Below are positions 1-13,325 of a stretch of 64,000 bases of DNA, piece by piece. The first letter of the stretch is position 1. The number at the start of each line of letters is the position of its first letter. The DNA lies in the NCBI RefSeq assembly GCF_964194025.1, contig NC_134469.1, positions 16,616,001-16,680,000 on the forward strand. The letters run 5' to 3'. The position numbers were made by a program, and so were the translations under genes. The DNA is from Convolutriloba macropyga (lineage: Eukaryota). A model generated the notes under the pieces. That model was not told where the DNA came from. It made no database searches and saw nothing but the letters and a program-made list of their open reading frames with translations.

Positions 1-2315
1 ACAACAAACACTATAAAACTAATCTTTCATTATAATTGTACACAAGTACAACGTACAATTAGACCCTTTATATGTCCAATTAACAGTTGAAATCAAAATA
101 GGTCAAACCTATTCATACCTAGAATGCGCATTTAACTCAACAAGAAATCCCAGGAAAAAGAAACAAAGAGCCAATTTGAAATTTGAAGTATTTTAAGAAA
201 ATAAAATTTGCGACGTGTCAGAAATTGTTCCAAGAAAAGTTCATTTCTGTTCAACTGATTTTATTCCATACAAAAGGTGCTGCGCTAAAAAAACCGAAAA
301 GCAAAAAAGAGAAAAGCAAAAAGTTATCGAAACGAACTATAAAATTTCTATCAATTTAGAAAAAAACAAACTCATCAATAATGCAACTATCTCCTCAGAT
401 TAAAAAACAAATAGAACTTTTCCATTCAAAAACACTTAAGGACACAAATTTCTCGAAGCACAAAAACAAGAGAACTAAAGAGCTGAAAATAGCAGCAACC
501 AAAAGTATAGACAAAACAAAACACTGTATTTTCCTATATGAAACGCTTCAAATTGCCAACCAAAAATTCTCGAAGATGAAAAATTTAAAAAAAAATACAG
601 AAACAGCTAAAAAAAATTTCTCAGAACAGATAAATGGTGCAGAAAAAGCACAAAATTACCAGTAAAAGTTTTCAAATTCTTAAGTTCTTAAAGTGTACGA
701 AAGAATACAAATATGATTGGTGAACACATTTGGGGTCAAAAACTTTGAGTCGATACTATATGTCTCGAAACATTCCAAAAATCTAGCGAAAAGGTGTTCA
801 TTACTATTTTCTTGCCACTCTCAGATTAATGCGTGGACAGATACTGCTGTCTCGTTTTGCCTTCTTTTGATTCAGCATATTGATCCAAACACTCGTTTTC
901 ACTTGCGGCATTGAATTTTTGACTCTTTCACTGACACTTAAAAGACTAATGAGAATAACCGGATCAATTTGAAAATAACTCCAATTTTACCGAAACAAAC
1001 TAGCCAGGAACTATGTTGAACAACACGAGCTGTAAAATCAGCAATTATATATTACAAGTGCACATGACAACCATGAACTTTCTCTCACGTAATTGAATAA
1101 AAAATAAACTTGCCCACAAAAATAAGTCGAGCCATGAAAAAACTCAGAAAAACTAACAAACTAAGAAAGACTAAGAAAAATGGGTGTCAGTTCCATTTCC
1201 AAATAAAATAAAGCAATGGGTCAATGAAGTTGACTAAAAACAGTTATACAATACCTCTTTGAGTCGTAAAAAGGTCAGCGAATAAATAATAACTATTTGA
1301 ATAGCTGGTGGATGCTATTAACAAGAGTGGGATGGAAGTTGGAACACTTGCTGTGCGAAGCACAGCCGTTGTTTTTTAATGCCAGGAGTTTGTAATCGGC
1401 GCTGTCTGGCGTCCTAAAATTCAATTCTTGCTAACTTAGGCCGACAACAGAGGCCAAAGTGCAAAAGAAAGTGTTTGTCAACAATTTCTACAATAAATTT
1501 GAAATCCACAAAAAAACACGATGAGGCGCAATTTTGTATTTTTTATGGCTCTTTGTCATCTTTTCCACTCGATGTCCATATTTCAACAAGTAAGTCTTTT
1601 CCTTTTTCTCAGAAGCACGTCTTTGAACTCTCATGTGTTTTGAAGTAAAATTAAAAATTTTGATGACTCTCTGTTCCTTTGGAATGATAATAGTATAATA
1701 CTCAACTTTTTTAGTTTCCTATTCTCTCTATTATAGTTATAGATTCTCTCCTTTATAATTGTCTCTATTTTCGTTCTTGAGGTTTTGAAAACCAGAAATT
1801 CGCGTATATACTGTTCAGAGGTTAAATTAGTCTCAGTATATGCCCTTCAGTTAACTGAAAATATAAGTTTAAATGTCAGTGAAAGTTTTCACCTTCCAAA
1901 ATTGTAGCAATTCAACCTGTGCCCCTGGCAAAAAGATTTTAATTACATGCTCTGCGTAGAATATCAAAACTTTGAACCAAGCGCAACAAAACTGTTCATC
2001 AAATGATAAATTTGTCGTCATAAAAATGTAACATCAGAAATTGAAAGCACTTTGTCGGCATTGCTTAAATTTGAAAGGTTTAATGCCATGCTGAACATTT
2101 CCATCGGGTATTTATTAACTAGAAGTAAAAATTGTTCATTCAAAAAAGTTTTACCATAAAAATCACACCGCTTTAAAAAAGAGCTGAGCGAAAAATTGCA
2201 ATTTGAAAACAGTCAAAGTCGCAACAAAAGGGTTCATTAACGATTTTGGTTACTAAGCCTCAGCGAAGAAATTCAAATTTAATCAATCTCTCCAAATTTG
2301 AAAACTGCAGCCAAA

Positions 2316-3014
2316 ATGTCAAGCGAAATGACAACTGAATCAGCTAAAAACTACCTCGACACGCCAAAGGACATCGATAAGACGTTCGAAAACCTGTACA
2401 GTCATCCCGACACAGAAATCACAGATGAACAGCAGAAGCAGAAGTCCAAGGAATTAGACACGGAAGACCCAGCTAACGCCGAAAAAAGTCAAAGCATGAC
2501 AAAACCCGAGTCCAAGAACGACGCTATCAACTTAGAAATAACAGAAACCAGCACATCAGAAGAACGATTGGAAATTTCTTTTCAAAAAATTAAAACAACC
2601 ACAATTAAGAAAAGCGAGATGCCGTCAACGAAGCATACAGATTGCTGCGTCAAAATATCTGCCGAACAAAACAACAAACCTTGTGGAAATTGTGAGAATT
2701 TGGCGCCTATACCCGAAAATTGTACCGAAAAGGACAAAAGTTATTGCGATACAAACAATCGAAGCATGGGAAAATCGGACTCGGTTCGAGTAGAAGTAGA
2801 CATTGACAATGTACTGCATTCTAAGACTCCGAACAAAACGGAACTAGCAGTGGTGAAGAACGGCATTTCGACCACAATAGTTGCTCAGCCGCTGGTTGCC
2901 AAGAAAAGTCTGGTAACTGACTGGATATTCCGAAGTCTGATGATGTTTCTGCTTGGACTCATATCGTGTGTTGGTCTGGGCGTCTTCATAATTTACATGA
3001 TCAAGGATTCATAA
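2316..3014 (+). CDS. Orphan putative tail-anchored membrane protein (~232 aa; polar low-complexity N-terminus, small Cys cluster, C-terminal transmembrane helix)
   Basis: 699-nt ORF from ATG 2316 (the track starts it at TTG 2298) in DNA where random ORFs are mostly <100 aa. It looks more GC-rich than its flanks. The hydrophobic stretch LMMFLLGLISCVGLGVFIIYMI ends 3 residues before the stop. No family recognised. Confidence 0.6.
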   Translation: MSSEMTTESAKNYLDTPKDIDKTFENLYSHPDTEITDEQQKQKSKELDTEDPANAEKSQSMTKPESKNDAINLEITETSTSEERLEISFQKIKTTTIKKSEMPSTKHTDCCVKISAEQNNKPCGNCENLAPIPENCTEKDKSYCDTNNRSMGKSDSVRVEVDIDNVLHSKTPNKTELAVVKNGISTTIVAQPLVAKKSLVTDWIFRSLMMFLLGLISCVGLGVFIIYMIKDS

Positions 3015-6000
3015 ACTTTATTAACTCAGTGTGAAATTTCCACTTGCATTCAATCCTCTGAACAATCTTAGATTTAGTTAAATTAACTTTTTGTCACATT
3101 CTGTTTGTTTGAGACCTTCAAGGACGGGGGGGGGGGGGGGGGGGAGGAGGAGGAAAACGCATTGTGTAAAGGAAGACAAGATCTATAATAGCGCCCCAAT
3201 TTTGTATTAAAGACCCCAAATTTTTGCCCACAACGGCACATTGATCGAAAAAAAAATTGTATGGATTGTATCTTATTTGAAAGAAAAATTTGCAAAAATT
3301 CCGATAACTTGAATTGTGATGACTTAAATAAGAGTAATTCCAGCTGGAATTAGCGATAAGTATTTCTCACTGCTAACTCCGCCCCATTAGCGTTTACTAT
3401 TGAGGATTTCATTTTCCCAGTTTTTGAATCTGTAGCGTAACCCCTCCCAGCCGTGAATAAAGTCGTAGTTTTCATAAGACTGACAGTTCTCGACTACACC
3501 TTCAGCATTCTGTTGAGGAATTGAAAATTGTATACATTGAGATTTGGGTTCTCAAACTTGAATTTTATATCCCGGGTCCTTGCGATCAGAGACACCCTAT
3601 AAGTCTACTAACAAAACAATGAGATGTTTTGATTAGGATTGTTAAATTATAGATAGATAATCCCGTATTTAAACTGCTGTTCGATGAGTGTGTGTTGTTT
3701 TAGTAGATGCTAAAATGACACACTATTTATATGTTTTGTAATTCACATCACATAAGAGCTGTCACTCATTCGAGGGGGCCTCCAATACAAATTTGCGCTT
3801 GCAGAGCGGGACACTTTAGCCGCATTTGTTTTCTCAATGGGACAATTCATCAGTTCAAATAAATTCTCTAGTCTTAATCTCACATTTGGCTTCATTTTGT
3901 TAATTGAGTTGTCAACTATATGCATGTATGTCTTGCATACATACAAGTCAAATCAATGTTTGCGCACAGCATTATCACCTCATCGTCATTTGGCCGAACC
4001 TGTTTAGGTTTAAAAAGTATTTCAAAAAGTAAGTTTGCTTCAATTTCGGGTTTTTTGTAACTTGACCGGTCACTTGTTCACACTTAGCCAATTGATATCA
4101 TGACAAAATAAAGCGAGAAGCCAATTTTTCTCTGGAAGATTTTAGACCACTAAGATTAGTGGTCTAAGAAGATCCTAGACAACTCAATTCACAAAAATTC
4201 GACAAAATCGGGATTATTACGAAACTGAATTGTTTCAACAATTCATCTTCAGAGTTTGTAGGTAGAATTTTCAAATTGTCGAGAAGAGCGATTTATGATA
4301 GGCTTCTAGGGGGGTGGGGGTGACCTAAAACATCCCAAAAATTGCCTTTTACTTGTATGTGTTGTTAACATATGAACAGACAGGGTATATGAATCGAGCA
4401 TTTCGGCTTATTGGTGCTCCATTAATGAACTTCAGTTGGTTTTAAGTTAGAGATATTGCAATTGTACAAAAAGGTAAACAAAGCATAATTAGTTTGCAGA
4501 GAAAACGAAACAAAGAGATAGATAGAAAAGAATACAAATGTCATGATCTTCTCTTTCTCTTGATTTCTCTCAGGTGTGTCTGTTAATCAGCTGCAAATTA
4601 CACAAACATTCTGCAAGATATGATACACGACATTGTATGATATACAAGTAGGCATCTGTTTGCACATAGACCCCTATCTAGTCCAATCAATTGAAAACCA
4701 CAGCCCAGAATATCAGCCGCCAATCTCAAGCGGAGAGAGCAAGAGTGAACAAATTGGACAACACTCATATCTGTTATTGATGAAGATCAAAACCTACGTT
4801 TGCAACCTCAATATTCAAAATATGCATATAATTAGGCACCATAGGTGTAACTGTATAGCACATATTACAAAAAAAAAAGATAAAGAATTTTCAAACAAGC
4901 AAATTTTTTCGATGCTTCAAAAATTTAATAAGCAATAAAGATAAGGAAATTAAAAAATCATTTGATGTGAAAGTCAGCATATAACATGTACGAGGGACCA
5001 TTTGCGGTAAAAAAAGTTTTTATAGAGAACAACCAAATATAATTGAGCGTCAGATAAGTTTGACACAGCTTGACAAGAATCTCTACTTGTTCATCGCATA
5101 CTTGGCTAGAGACATGAGGCTTAGCGGAAAAAGAAAAAAACAAAAGATCGGGTTCAAGAGATGCCTATTTTTGCATTTGAAAAGCTATCGCCTTTTAGCT
5201 ATTATTGCGACAAATCTGGTTCCATATATGATTATTTCGCACCTCAAATAACTATGGAATGCGGTTTGCGTACATCTGTGCGTTGCACAGAAATTTCAAC
5301 ACAATAAGCAAACAAATATCAATGAGTGATAAATATACCTTAATGAATCCAAAAACAGTAAAAAATAGGTAGCCATGAAGATAAAAACGATACCTATTGA
5401 AGATGCCAGAAGGTCAGCTTTTCTTGCCATCAAGTGAAGGAAAAAGCATTTTTAAAAACTTCCTGTGTCCAAATTTCGGTTTTCGAAAAACTTTTCTGTT
5501 TGGCTAGTTGAATACAGAAAAATGGTGTGAGGTGAGCAATTTTAAATAAATGACGTGTTTAATAACTCACAACTCCTCTTGACGCCCAAAAACAAGTTTT
5601 TGTTTTTGAAAACTTCATTATTAATCGTAGATTCTAGCCGAATAAAGAAAATTCGGAAGCACAATAATTGACATTCATTTCGAAAATTGACGATTACGAG
5701 CTTTCGTTTTATACAGAGATCTTTTTTTCTAGAACACTGATAAATAGGAAGCTTAAAACAATCTTTTTCAGTCAATGGTCAGCAAAATAGTTAAATTAAG
5801 GCGTGATGGCTTGAAAAACAGAACCTATATTTCAACCCAGAAGTTTTAAGAAACTGCACAGTGAAACTGAATAAATCCGTTCTTTATAAGCTATATTATT
5901 TAAAGTAGCCGACAGGTTGACGTATAAAAATTTCGAACGCCAATGTCGTAAAAAAGCTGTACAAAATCTAATTGGATTATCTCTTCTCACTCGCAATGAA

Positions 6001-8791
6001 AGTTTATATACACAATTTAGATTTAGTAAGTGAACACAGAATTCAAGAGTTCATGTCCTGGACTATAATCCAAAAAAAAACAACAATCTGGGAATGAAAT
6101 TTTCTTAAAAATTGAAAATTAACCTCTTATGGCAAATAGATCCCATGACCCAAAAACTCAATAAAACGCGTAACTTTATACTTAAATAGTTTAAACACAT
6201 AAAACTATTCTATGTTAATAAGCACAAAAAATACTTCAAAAGTTTTATTAAGGTACCAAGAGGCACAAAAACAACAAACGAAGGAAGTATTAAGAAATTC
6301 AAAGCAGCTGTTTGAAAACAAATGGTGTGTAGGCAAACACAATATTAGCCTCAAATTAAAGAAATCAAATGGTTGAAGACAATTTAGTGACATCGAACTT
6401 AAAAACAAAAAAGAGCATCACTGAAAAATCTATTTCAAATACACCGCCAGACTAACAAAAGGCACAATAAACTGAATAGATTGTATAGGCTGAAATTTTT
6501 TCTTATTGAGCAATCCACTGGTACCCTTAAATTAAAGTGATTAAATGCCAAGAAATAGAAAAACAAAAACAAATGCCAGAAAAACTCGCAAACTTAATAA
6601 TTTATGAAAAACATTGTCGGAGAAAAATTATTGATTTTTAATTGGAATATTAAATAGGTTCAACTAAAATCACAAACAATTCATTTCGCACGTATTTATT
6701 GAGGATAAATGACTGAACAATCAAAAGAATAGCTGAAACGGGCAGAATTTGAAAAAAATCAAACAAAATTTTATTAAAAAATGTTGCTGAAGTCATGAAA
6801 GCCTCAAAGTATCAGCAGAAAAACAAAAAGTAAAGTCTCTCATTTAAAAAAAGCAATAAGCTCTGCCAAAAAGCAATAGCAACTAAATGATGAGACAACA
6901 GAAAAAAAGACAACAGAGAGGAGTTTTAGTTGAAAAGCATTTCAATCAAAATCACTAACTGCCAATTGAGGGATCTTGCAATAAAATGCTACGGAATGCC
7001 ACTCGAACATGTGCAACGCCTTCAGCATTATTTGTCAACAATAAAAAAATTTAAATTAGGAGTCAAGTTGCCGCCCCGTAAAAGCTCACAAAACCTACAA
7101 AACTTTTTAAGGTGCAAACTGTTTGAAATCCCTGCTTAGAATTGGCTGCAAAAATGTGTGGAGAACTTCAGCACCCCAATACAATCTAATCTTTTTATTG
7201 TAATACAGAAACAGAAAAATTGAAATACAATTCAAAGAAAGCAAACAACTAAATTTGGAATATAAGCCTCAATAAAATAATAGTCTGCACTTGTTAGCAG
7301 GGCATATGACAATGCAAACAAGAACATAATGAATAACCTCAGACGACTTTTCTTTCCCACAACTTTTGCACGCACAAAAAGTGCAATTAGAAAATCACAC
7401 CGCAAGACCCTTGACAACAAATGCCACCCTTAGCGAACAGAAGTGAGCAAAAAGGAGAAAAAACTCGAAACTCCTTGATGTCTTGGAGACAAATATAAGA
7501 CTTGTAATGAAAACTTAAACTAATCAGACAAACTTATCGAACAATAGAAGGCATACAACTTTTATATATAAAATTAAAGGACCACATAACACAAATAACA
7601 ACAAATGCAGGCAGCAATTAATAAATAAACAGATTCAGTTAAAGCTCGCAAGAAAGATAACGAGAGCTGTTCATAAAAACATTAAGACAATGTTTCAAAC
7701 AACAAAAACGGCACACACAAAACTAAAAAAATAAAACTGACATTTTTATAAACAGGTGTCAAAGTCGTAACAAAAGATAGCTATGAACTGCAACAATTAA
7801 CTAACGGCAATTATGCCTCATCACAGGGTCAAGAATACTACCATTAATGAGACTTAATGACACGAAAGCCCAAAAAACTACAAAAACGGACAAAACTTTT
7901 AAAATCTCCCCTATTTTAGGATGACAGGTAATGTAAAAGTCTTTGTAAACTTTAGATATGAGTTGACACTTTTTATTTAATTGGATATAAGTAACTTCAG
8001 AGGCAAGGAGAGATTTCATTGAATCGACAAAACAAATACCTACAAAAATAGACAAAAACTAAAAAAAAACTAAATTTTGGGAAAAAACAAATGATGTTAA
8101 AACTGCTCAGCAATTGAATTCTTTACATCGATTCAATTATGACTTATCAGATAACTAAGACTTGTCATTGGTGAAACCAAACAACAAGATAACCAAAAGG
8201 ACCACAAAAGGGGCAAAATTCAAGATTTCAGATAATTTTTGAAAACAAATAGCGTCAAAGTCTGAAAAAAAATTAGATACGAATTAGTACCAAAAATCCA
8301 AGTTAAAAAAACACTGTTTCTCTCTCTCTCTCTAAAAGCAGTTTCGAAAACAAGCAAAAATGTTTCTGGACCATTTCCGAGCAACAATTGGTTAGATTCT
8401 ATCAAAGTTTAATTATTTATAATCATTCTACAGATGAGCTACAAAATGCATGAGAGGTGATAGCCTCGCGCGAGACTTACTGAGATAATTGTCTAACTTT
8501 TCTGCAATAGAATTTTTTAAAAGCGAGATACAAATTTTCATTCTTTTAGAAACAAGAATCAAATATAAATTTACCCGCTATTGATACATAAAAATCGATA
8601 TCAAAAATTGAGGTACGTTTCAAAAGCTAAACCCTGAAAATTGAAATCGAACAAATTTTTCATTGCACAACTCAATAAATACTAGTTACAGCACAGCTCT
8701 CACTATTTGTTGAAATCTATTTTCTATCTCAGTCTAATTCTACTTTTGGTCAATTCAACATTTAATCCATTTTGAAATTGAAAGTTTTTAA

Positions 8792-9026
8792 TCATTTAGA
8801 GTTCAGGCGCCCAACCACATCATGCACCGACACTTTGGTTCCTCTGAACTCAATCATACTTTCGTAGAATCTACAAACAAGTAACGGACATTTGTGATAT
8901 GCCTCCTCTGCTGGTACGAAATCTGCCCAGCAAGATTCCTTCCATTTGATCAACAGTTCCAATCTGCCGCCTGGTCCGCTTGTTGATGCGCCCAGAACTG
9001 CTTCAGCTTCAAGTCCACGCGCGAAC
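8792..9026 (-). CDS. CBX/HP1: HP1/chromobox protein, terminal exon (chromoshadow domain)
   Basis: Acceptor gcag|G at 9027-9028 is phase 2. The spliced sequence RGFARGLEAEAVLGAST...LLIKWK...ADFVPAEEAYHKCPLLVCRFYE matches the HP1 chromoshadow pattern RGFDRGLEPERIIGAT...FLMKWK...EANVKCPQIVIAFYE. Confidence 0.9.
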
Positions 9027-9478
9027 CTGCGCAGGAAACAATCACTTAACATACTCTGACTCTAGCGATCATCTAAATCAGTCCAATATTGCGAACAGCA
9101 CGATACTCTTTTTCCATTTTTTAAACAATAATTAAAAAGCAGGAGTTTACAAAGAGGTTCGCAAGCCTAATAAGAAAGAAAAACGGAGAAAGTATGAAAA
9201 CTGACAACTTAGAATTCAAGTGGATTTAGAATTGTCTCCAAGAGAAATGATTCGTCCATATGCTGAAAAGGAGGGTTGTAGAGATGGAAAAGAAAATTTA
9301 AAAGATGCTTAAAATGAATGCGCGGGACAATATCTGCCCGCGGGACAATCAAATATAATAAAGCACGTTACAGCGTAAAGATAGCAAGTTCGCAAGGGGC
9401 GAAACATCCTATACTAACTAGGCTGGGGGCCAAATCCAATTCGACAATGCTTCGTTTGAGAATTTTAACTTAATGTTT

Positions 9479-12400
9479 AAACAGCTGGCAGATTGCCAGA
9501 AAATAGCCGCAATAGCAGTCCCAAAAAATAGTAAAAGAAACAGACAAAAAATTCTTTTTTATTAAACGTTCAGATAATACAATTTGATTAAGAATCTGTC
9601 TGCTTCTATTTGCTGCTCTCAAACAAGCTTCAATTAGAGTGGCACAAACTCACTTGACCTTTGAATTAAAGTAAGAAAAGTCCATTTTAAAGTGAGGAAG
9701 TCATTTTTGAGAGTGAGGAAAGTCATGCGTGACCAAAAACTTGGCGTCACGCACGCAATTCAGTTGAAATAGCATGAACGAATGAACAAAATGCAGATTT
9801 GAATAAGCTGTGACGTCATATGGCCGTACTAAAAAACTTGACGAAATAAAAAAACATAGCCGGAAGAAATCCGGAAACCACGCACGCAATGGCGTCACGC
9901 ACGCAATTCAGTTGAAATAGCATGAACGAATGAACAAAATGCAAATTTGAATAAGCTGCGACGTCATATGCCCGTACTAAAAAACTTGACGAAATAAAAA
10001 AACATAGCCGGAAGAAATCCGGAAACCACGCACGCAATGGCGTCACGCACGCAATTCAGTTGAAATAGCATGAACGAATGAACAAAATGCAAATTTGAAT
10101 AAGCTGCGACGTCATATGCCCGTAGTAAAAAACTTGACGAAATAAAAAAACATAGCCGGAAGAAATCCGGAAACCACCCAATGACTCGTCTTCGTGAAAC
10201 AATTACCTTTAAATCAACTGGTACCTACTAAAGTGACTACATAAACCAAACAAAAATCAGTAAAAAAACGAAAAAAAGCCCAAAAAACCAACTGAACTAA
10301 AAATTACATTAGTCCTATATATAAAACGAGCCAGCTTTTGAACAAAAAAGAACACATCAGATACGCGCGCAGCAAAAAGTCAAGCCATGTTAAGCTCCCA
10401 AAACTTTCTATTTTTGAAGAAAAATTTGAATACTGCACGAAATTTCCGCAAATCTCTATCAATTCGCGTTATTTCTGTCCATCGAAAAACTATTTTACAA
10501 CATTAAAAAGTAGTTAATTGGTAAGTAAATAAACTTTGCACATTACTTGTCGCTTTAAATCTCAATGAACGCGATAAAACTAAACAATGGCCAAAAAATA
10601 AAATTAAATATTATCATGAAAAAGACTAGAGACAGAACAAAATTCAAACGCAAAAATTGACAAAAAAAGTATTGGCCAATTTTGCACTTGAAACGAGTTA
10701 TTAAGCTTGCAGAAACACGGCTGAAAAGTGTCATCTATATGCGCTAATCTCTCAAAAACTTATAGTCGAAGTTATTCACTGAACGCAGCGCATGAACAAA
10801 AACTTGTCTAGCTCAGAAAAAGTTACTTCACACGAATCTCTGCTCACTTTCACTATTAGGCCGCCTGAACAGATAGTACTTCCTGTAAAAAACCTTAAAA
10901 AACCAATATTCCTCTTCGAGTCGTAAAAAAACAAAACCGACAGATTGCCGGAAAATAGCCGCGATAGACGCTTGTGGCCTTCCATGATTTGAAACAACTA
11001 AAGAAATAAGATAGACAAATCGACAACCAACCCTTTTATAGATCACTAGACTTTTTGGGTTAGATTCAGACTCTCATTTCATGAGACACATACGCCCTAT
11101 AAGGAAAAAACCCTAATAGAACTTTTCAAAATTAATATTTAAAATCAAAAACTCAAGACTCTAATACTCAAGAATTAGGGCATATACGTTTTCCGCTACT
11201 TAGATGCACACTATTGATCTTTAACTAGTAAATGTTCATAAAATTTAAATTTCATAACGCGAGATCAGATGTAAGTCAAATTTTTGAGTGAGGTAAGTCA
11301 TGCAATTGACCTAAAAGCAGAATAAATGAAGAAAGTAAATTCAAAGAAGTCAAATAGTAAGAATCATCGATGGAGACGACGAATTAAAAAAAACATAGCG
11401 GGACAAGTCCTGAACTACAATTCAAACAATTGGGTTAATTTATGAGAATCATTAACTCCGCTTTAAAAAGCAAATGAGAGCTGTGCTGTTAGTAATGAGA
11501 TTAAGCAATAAAACAACACCAGAACAACAAAGACAAGCAAGATTAAAAATTCAACTTTTATTTTAAAAGACAAGATCAACATCAAAAACAACTGCTATGA
11601 ACTCAAACTGCTAAATTCCTCTATTTTTACTTAGCAGACTGTCATTAAATTTCGATGAGTCCTCTCACTGATAATAATAAATAATAAGACAAAAAAACCA
11701 AAAAATGCAAAAAAGTCGCTGAAACTTTTTGAACATTTAGTATAAAAGTCACAGAACGCAACCTCTATTGAAGAATACAATTACCTCAATTATTTGATTC
11801 CCCAATGACCAGAGTTGAGACTTGTCAACAATGGGATTAAGTGATCAGACATCAATAAGTACAACAAATTATATTATTAATTTAAAAAAAAATCAGTACG
11901 ATTTTTCTTTGAAAAAAGGAACAAGCGTATAATTCAGAAAAAAACAAACTGAAATAACTTGCTGTACTTGAAGCGTTTAAAGCAATCAATAAAACCTGTC
12001 GATAATGAGACAAAGTTAAAACGACAAAGTCGAAAAAAAACTTGCAAAAATTAACAAAGTCGATAATTATTATTGAGAGCAATTAGTGTCATAGAAAGCA
12101 CTAATTTTGAACAGAAACGATTAAGTCGATATACTTAACCCCGCTACGCAGAATCAGAGACCTGTCCCCAGATAGATTAAATGATAAGACATCAAAAATT
12201 TCAATAAATGTTGTAGAACTCAAAAATTCACTCAAAATTTTTGAAAAAAGTAGTGTCAAAGTCATGAAAACCACTAGCTGTTAACTCAAACCATTAATTA
12301 GGTTATTTCATGCCTCATTAGCAACCAATCAGACCTGCCACTGATGATACTAAGTGATAAGACAACAGATAATTTTCAAAAAATCGGGCAAAGTCTAAAA

Positions 12401-12901
12401 TTCACTAAAATTTTATGACATCAAATAGTGGCATAGCAAGAAAAAGTTTTAGTTGCCCCATATTGAGTTCAAGCAAAGGCAAATGGGCACAATTAGAACA
12501 CATATGTACCGTCTTAAAAGCGCTGAAGGAGACGAAACTCTGAAAACAGAAGTCAAACTGACGCACCTGAAAAAAAATCCGTCTAAAAAACCGCCAAATT
12601 GTTCGAACACCAATTTCTCACTCGACTTTAAAGGTATTTTGAAAAAAGTCACGCCTCAAACCAACTCGATTTTTTGCTCCCTTTACTATTTCAGTGTGAC
12701 GAAAATCACCACTCTAATTTGACTTCTCACTGACGTGAAAAAACTGAAAAAAGCGAAAGATCTTGAAAAGACAGCACACCAATACAATTCAAATTCTTTG
12801 AACTGTAAAAAACACGATGTCCCCAATAATAGCCGCTATCGCTTCGCGGCTATTAATCAAGAGAAGGCAAATAACACCCCAGCTATCGCTGTGCATCTAT
12901 T
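9479..12901 (-). mobile_element. Nested Helentron-like stack in the last HP1 intron: family 1 > family 3 (10148-10925) plus family 1 (10929-12854) > family 2 (11391-12807)
   Basis: Successive hairpin+subTIR left ends; matching right ends close in reverse order at 12807, 12854 and 12901. Confidence 0.72.
9743..10178. repeat. Tandem repeat, 148-bp unit x3
   Basis: Units start at 9743, 9891 and 10039 (ggcgtcacgcacgcaattcag...). Confidence 0.9.
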
Positions 12902-12921
12902 ACTGAAAAATAACTACATAC

Positions 12922-13325
12922 CCACGAATAGATATGGGTTCAGGCTCAATGACTGCAACAGAATTTGACGACTGCGGAAGATCCTTTGATAAATCTTGGA
13001 AAACGTCGATTCCTTTCCTAGATGGAGACGAAACTCGTGGACCACTCTTTGACTCAGCTGTCTGCAATTCGTCTGAGCTCGCACTTACACTACTGGAGTC
13101 GCTGGGCTTATACACCCTAGAAAGGTTTAAAACCTTAGCTGGACTCACTGTTGTCGGCTTCGGACTTGGGCTCTTCTTTTTAGGACTCGATTCTCGGGAG
13201 TTGGGAGTTCCTGGTCTGCTGGGCTTCTTAATTGGCGAGAAAACGTGTCGCTGCGAAATGTCAGTTTCCATTTTTTCACGCATCTTTCGAAGATTTTTTG
13301 CGCTCATCTGCTTGCTTGGATCCTT
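12922..13325 (-). CDS. CBX/HP1: HP1 hinge exon, duplicate copy B (404 nt; phase 0 in, phase 2 out)
   Basis: Acceptor tttag at 13326-13327 and donor gtatgt at 12916-12921. Encodes S/P/K-rich KDPSKQMSAKNL...EPEPISIRG, which joins in frame to the chromoshadow exon. Identical protein to 15345-15748. Confidence 0.75.

Noticed and set aside
700-1415. Two compositionally exon-like patches (~700-940 and ~1320-1413, minus-strand acceptor at 1414-1415)
   Set aside because: Only short frames with no recognisable homology; I cannot support a gene without transcript data.
4142-4167. Perfect 11-bp hairpin ttagaccacta-agat-tagtggtctaa
   Set aside because: It is isolated, and I could not tie it to an element end or a gene.
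9743-10178. Possible CRISPR-like array
   Set aside because: Whole 148-bp units are repeated with no unique spacers; the context is eukaryotic and there are no cas genes.
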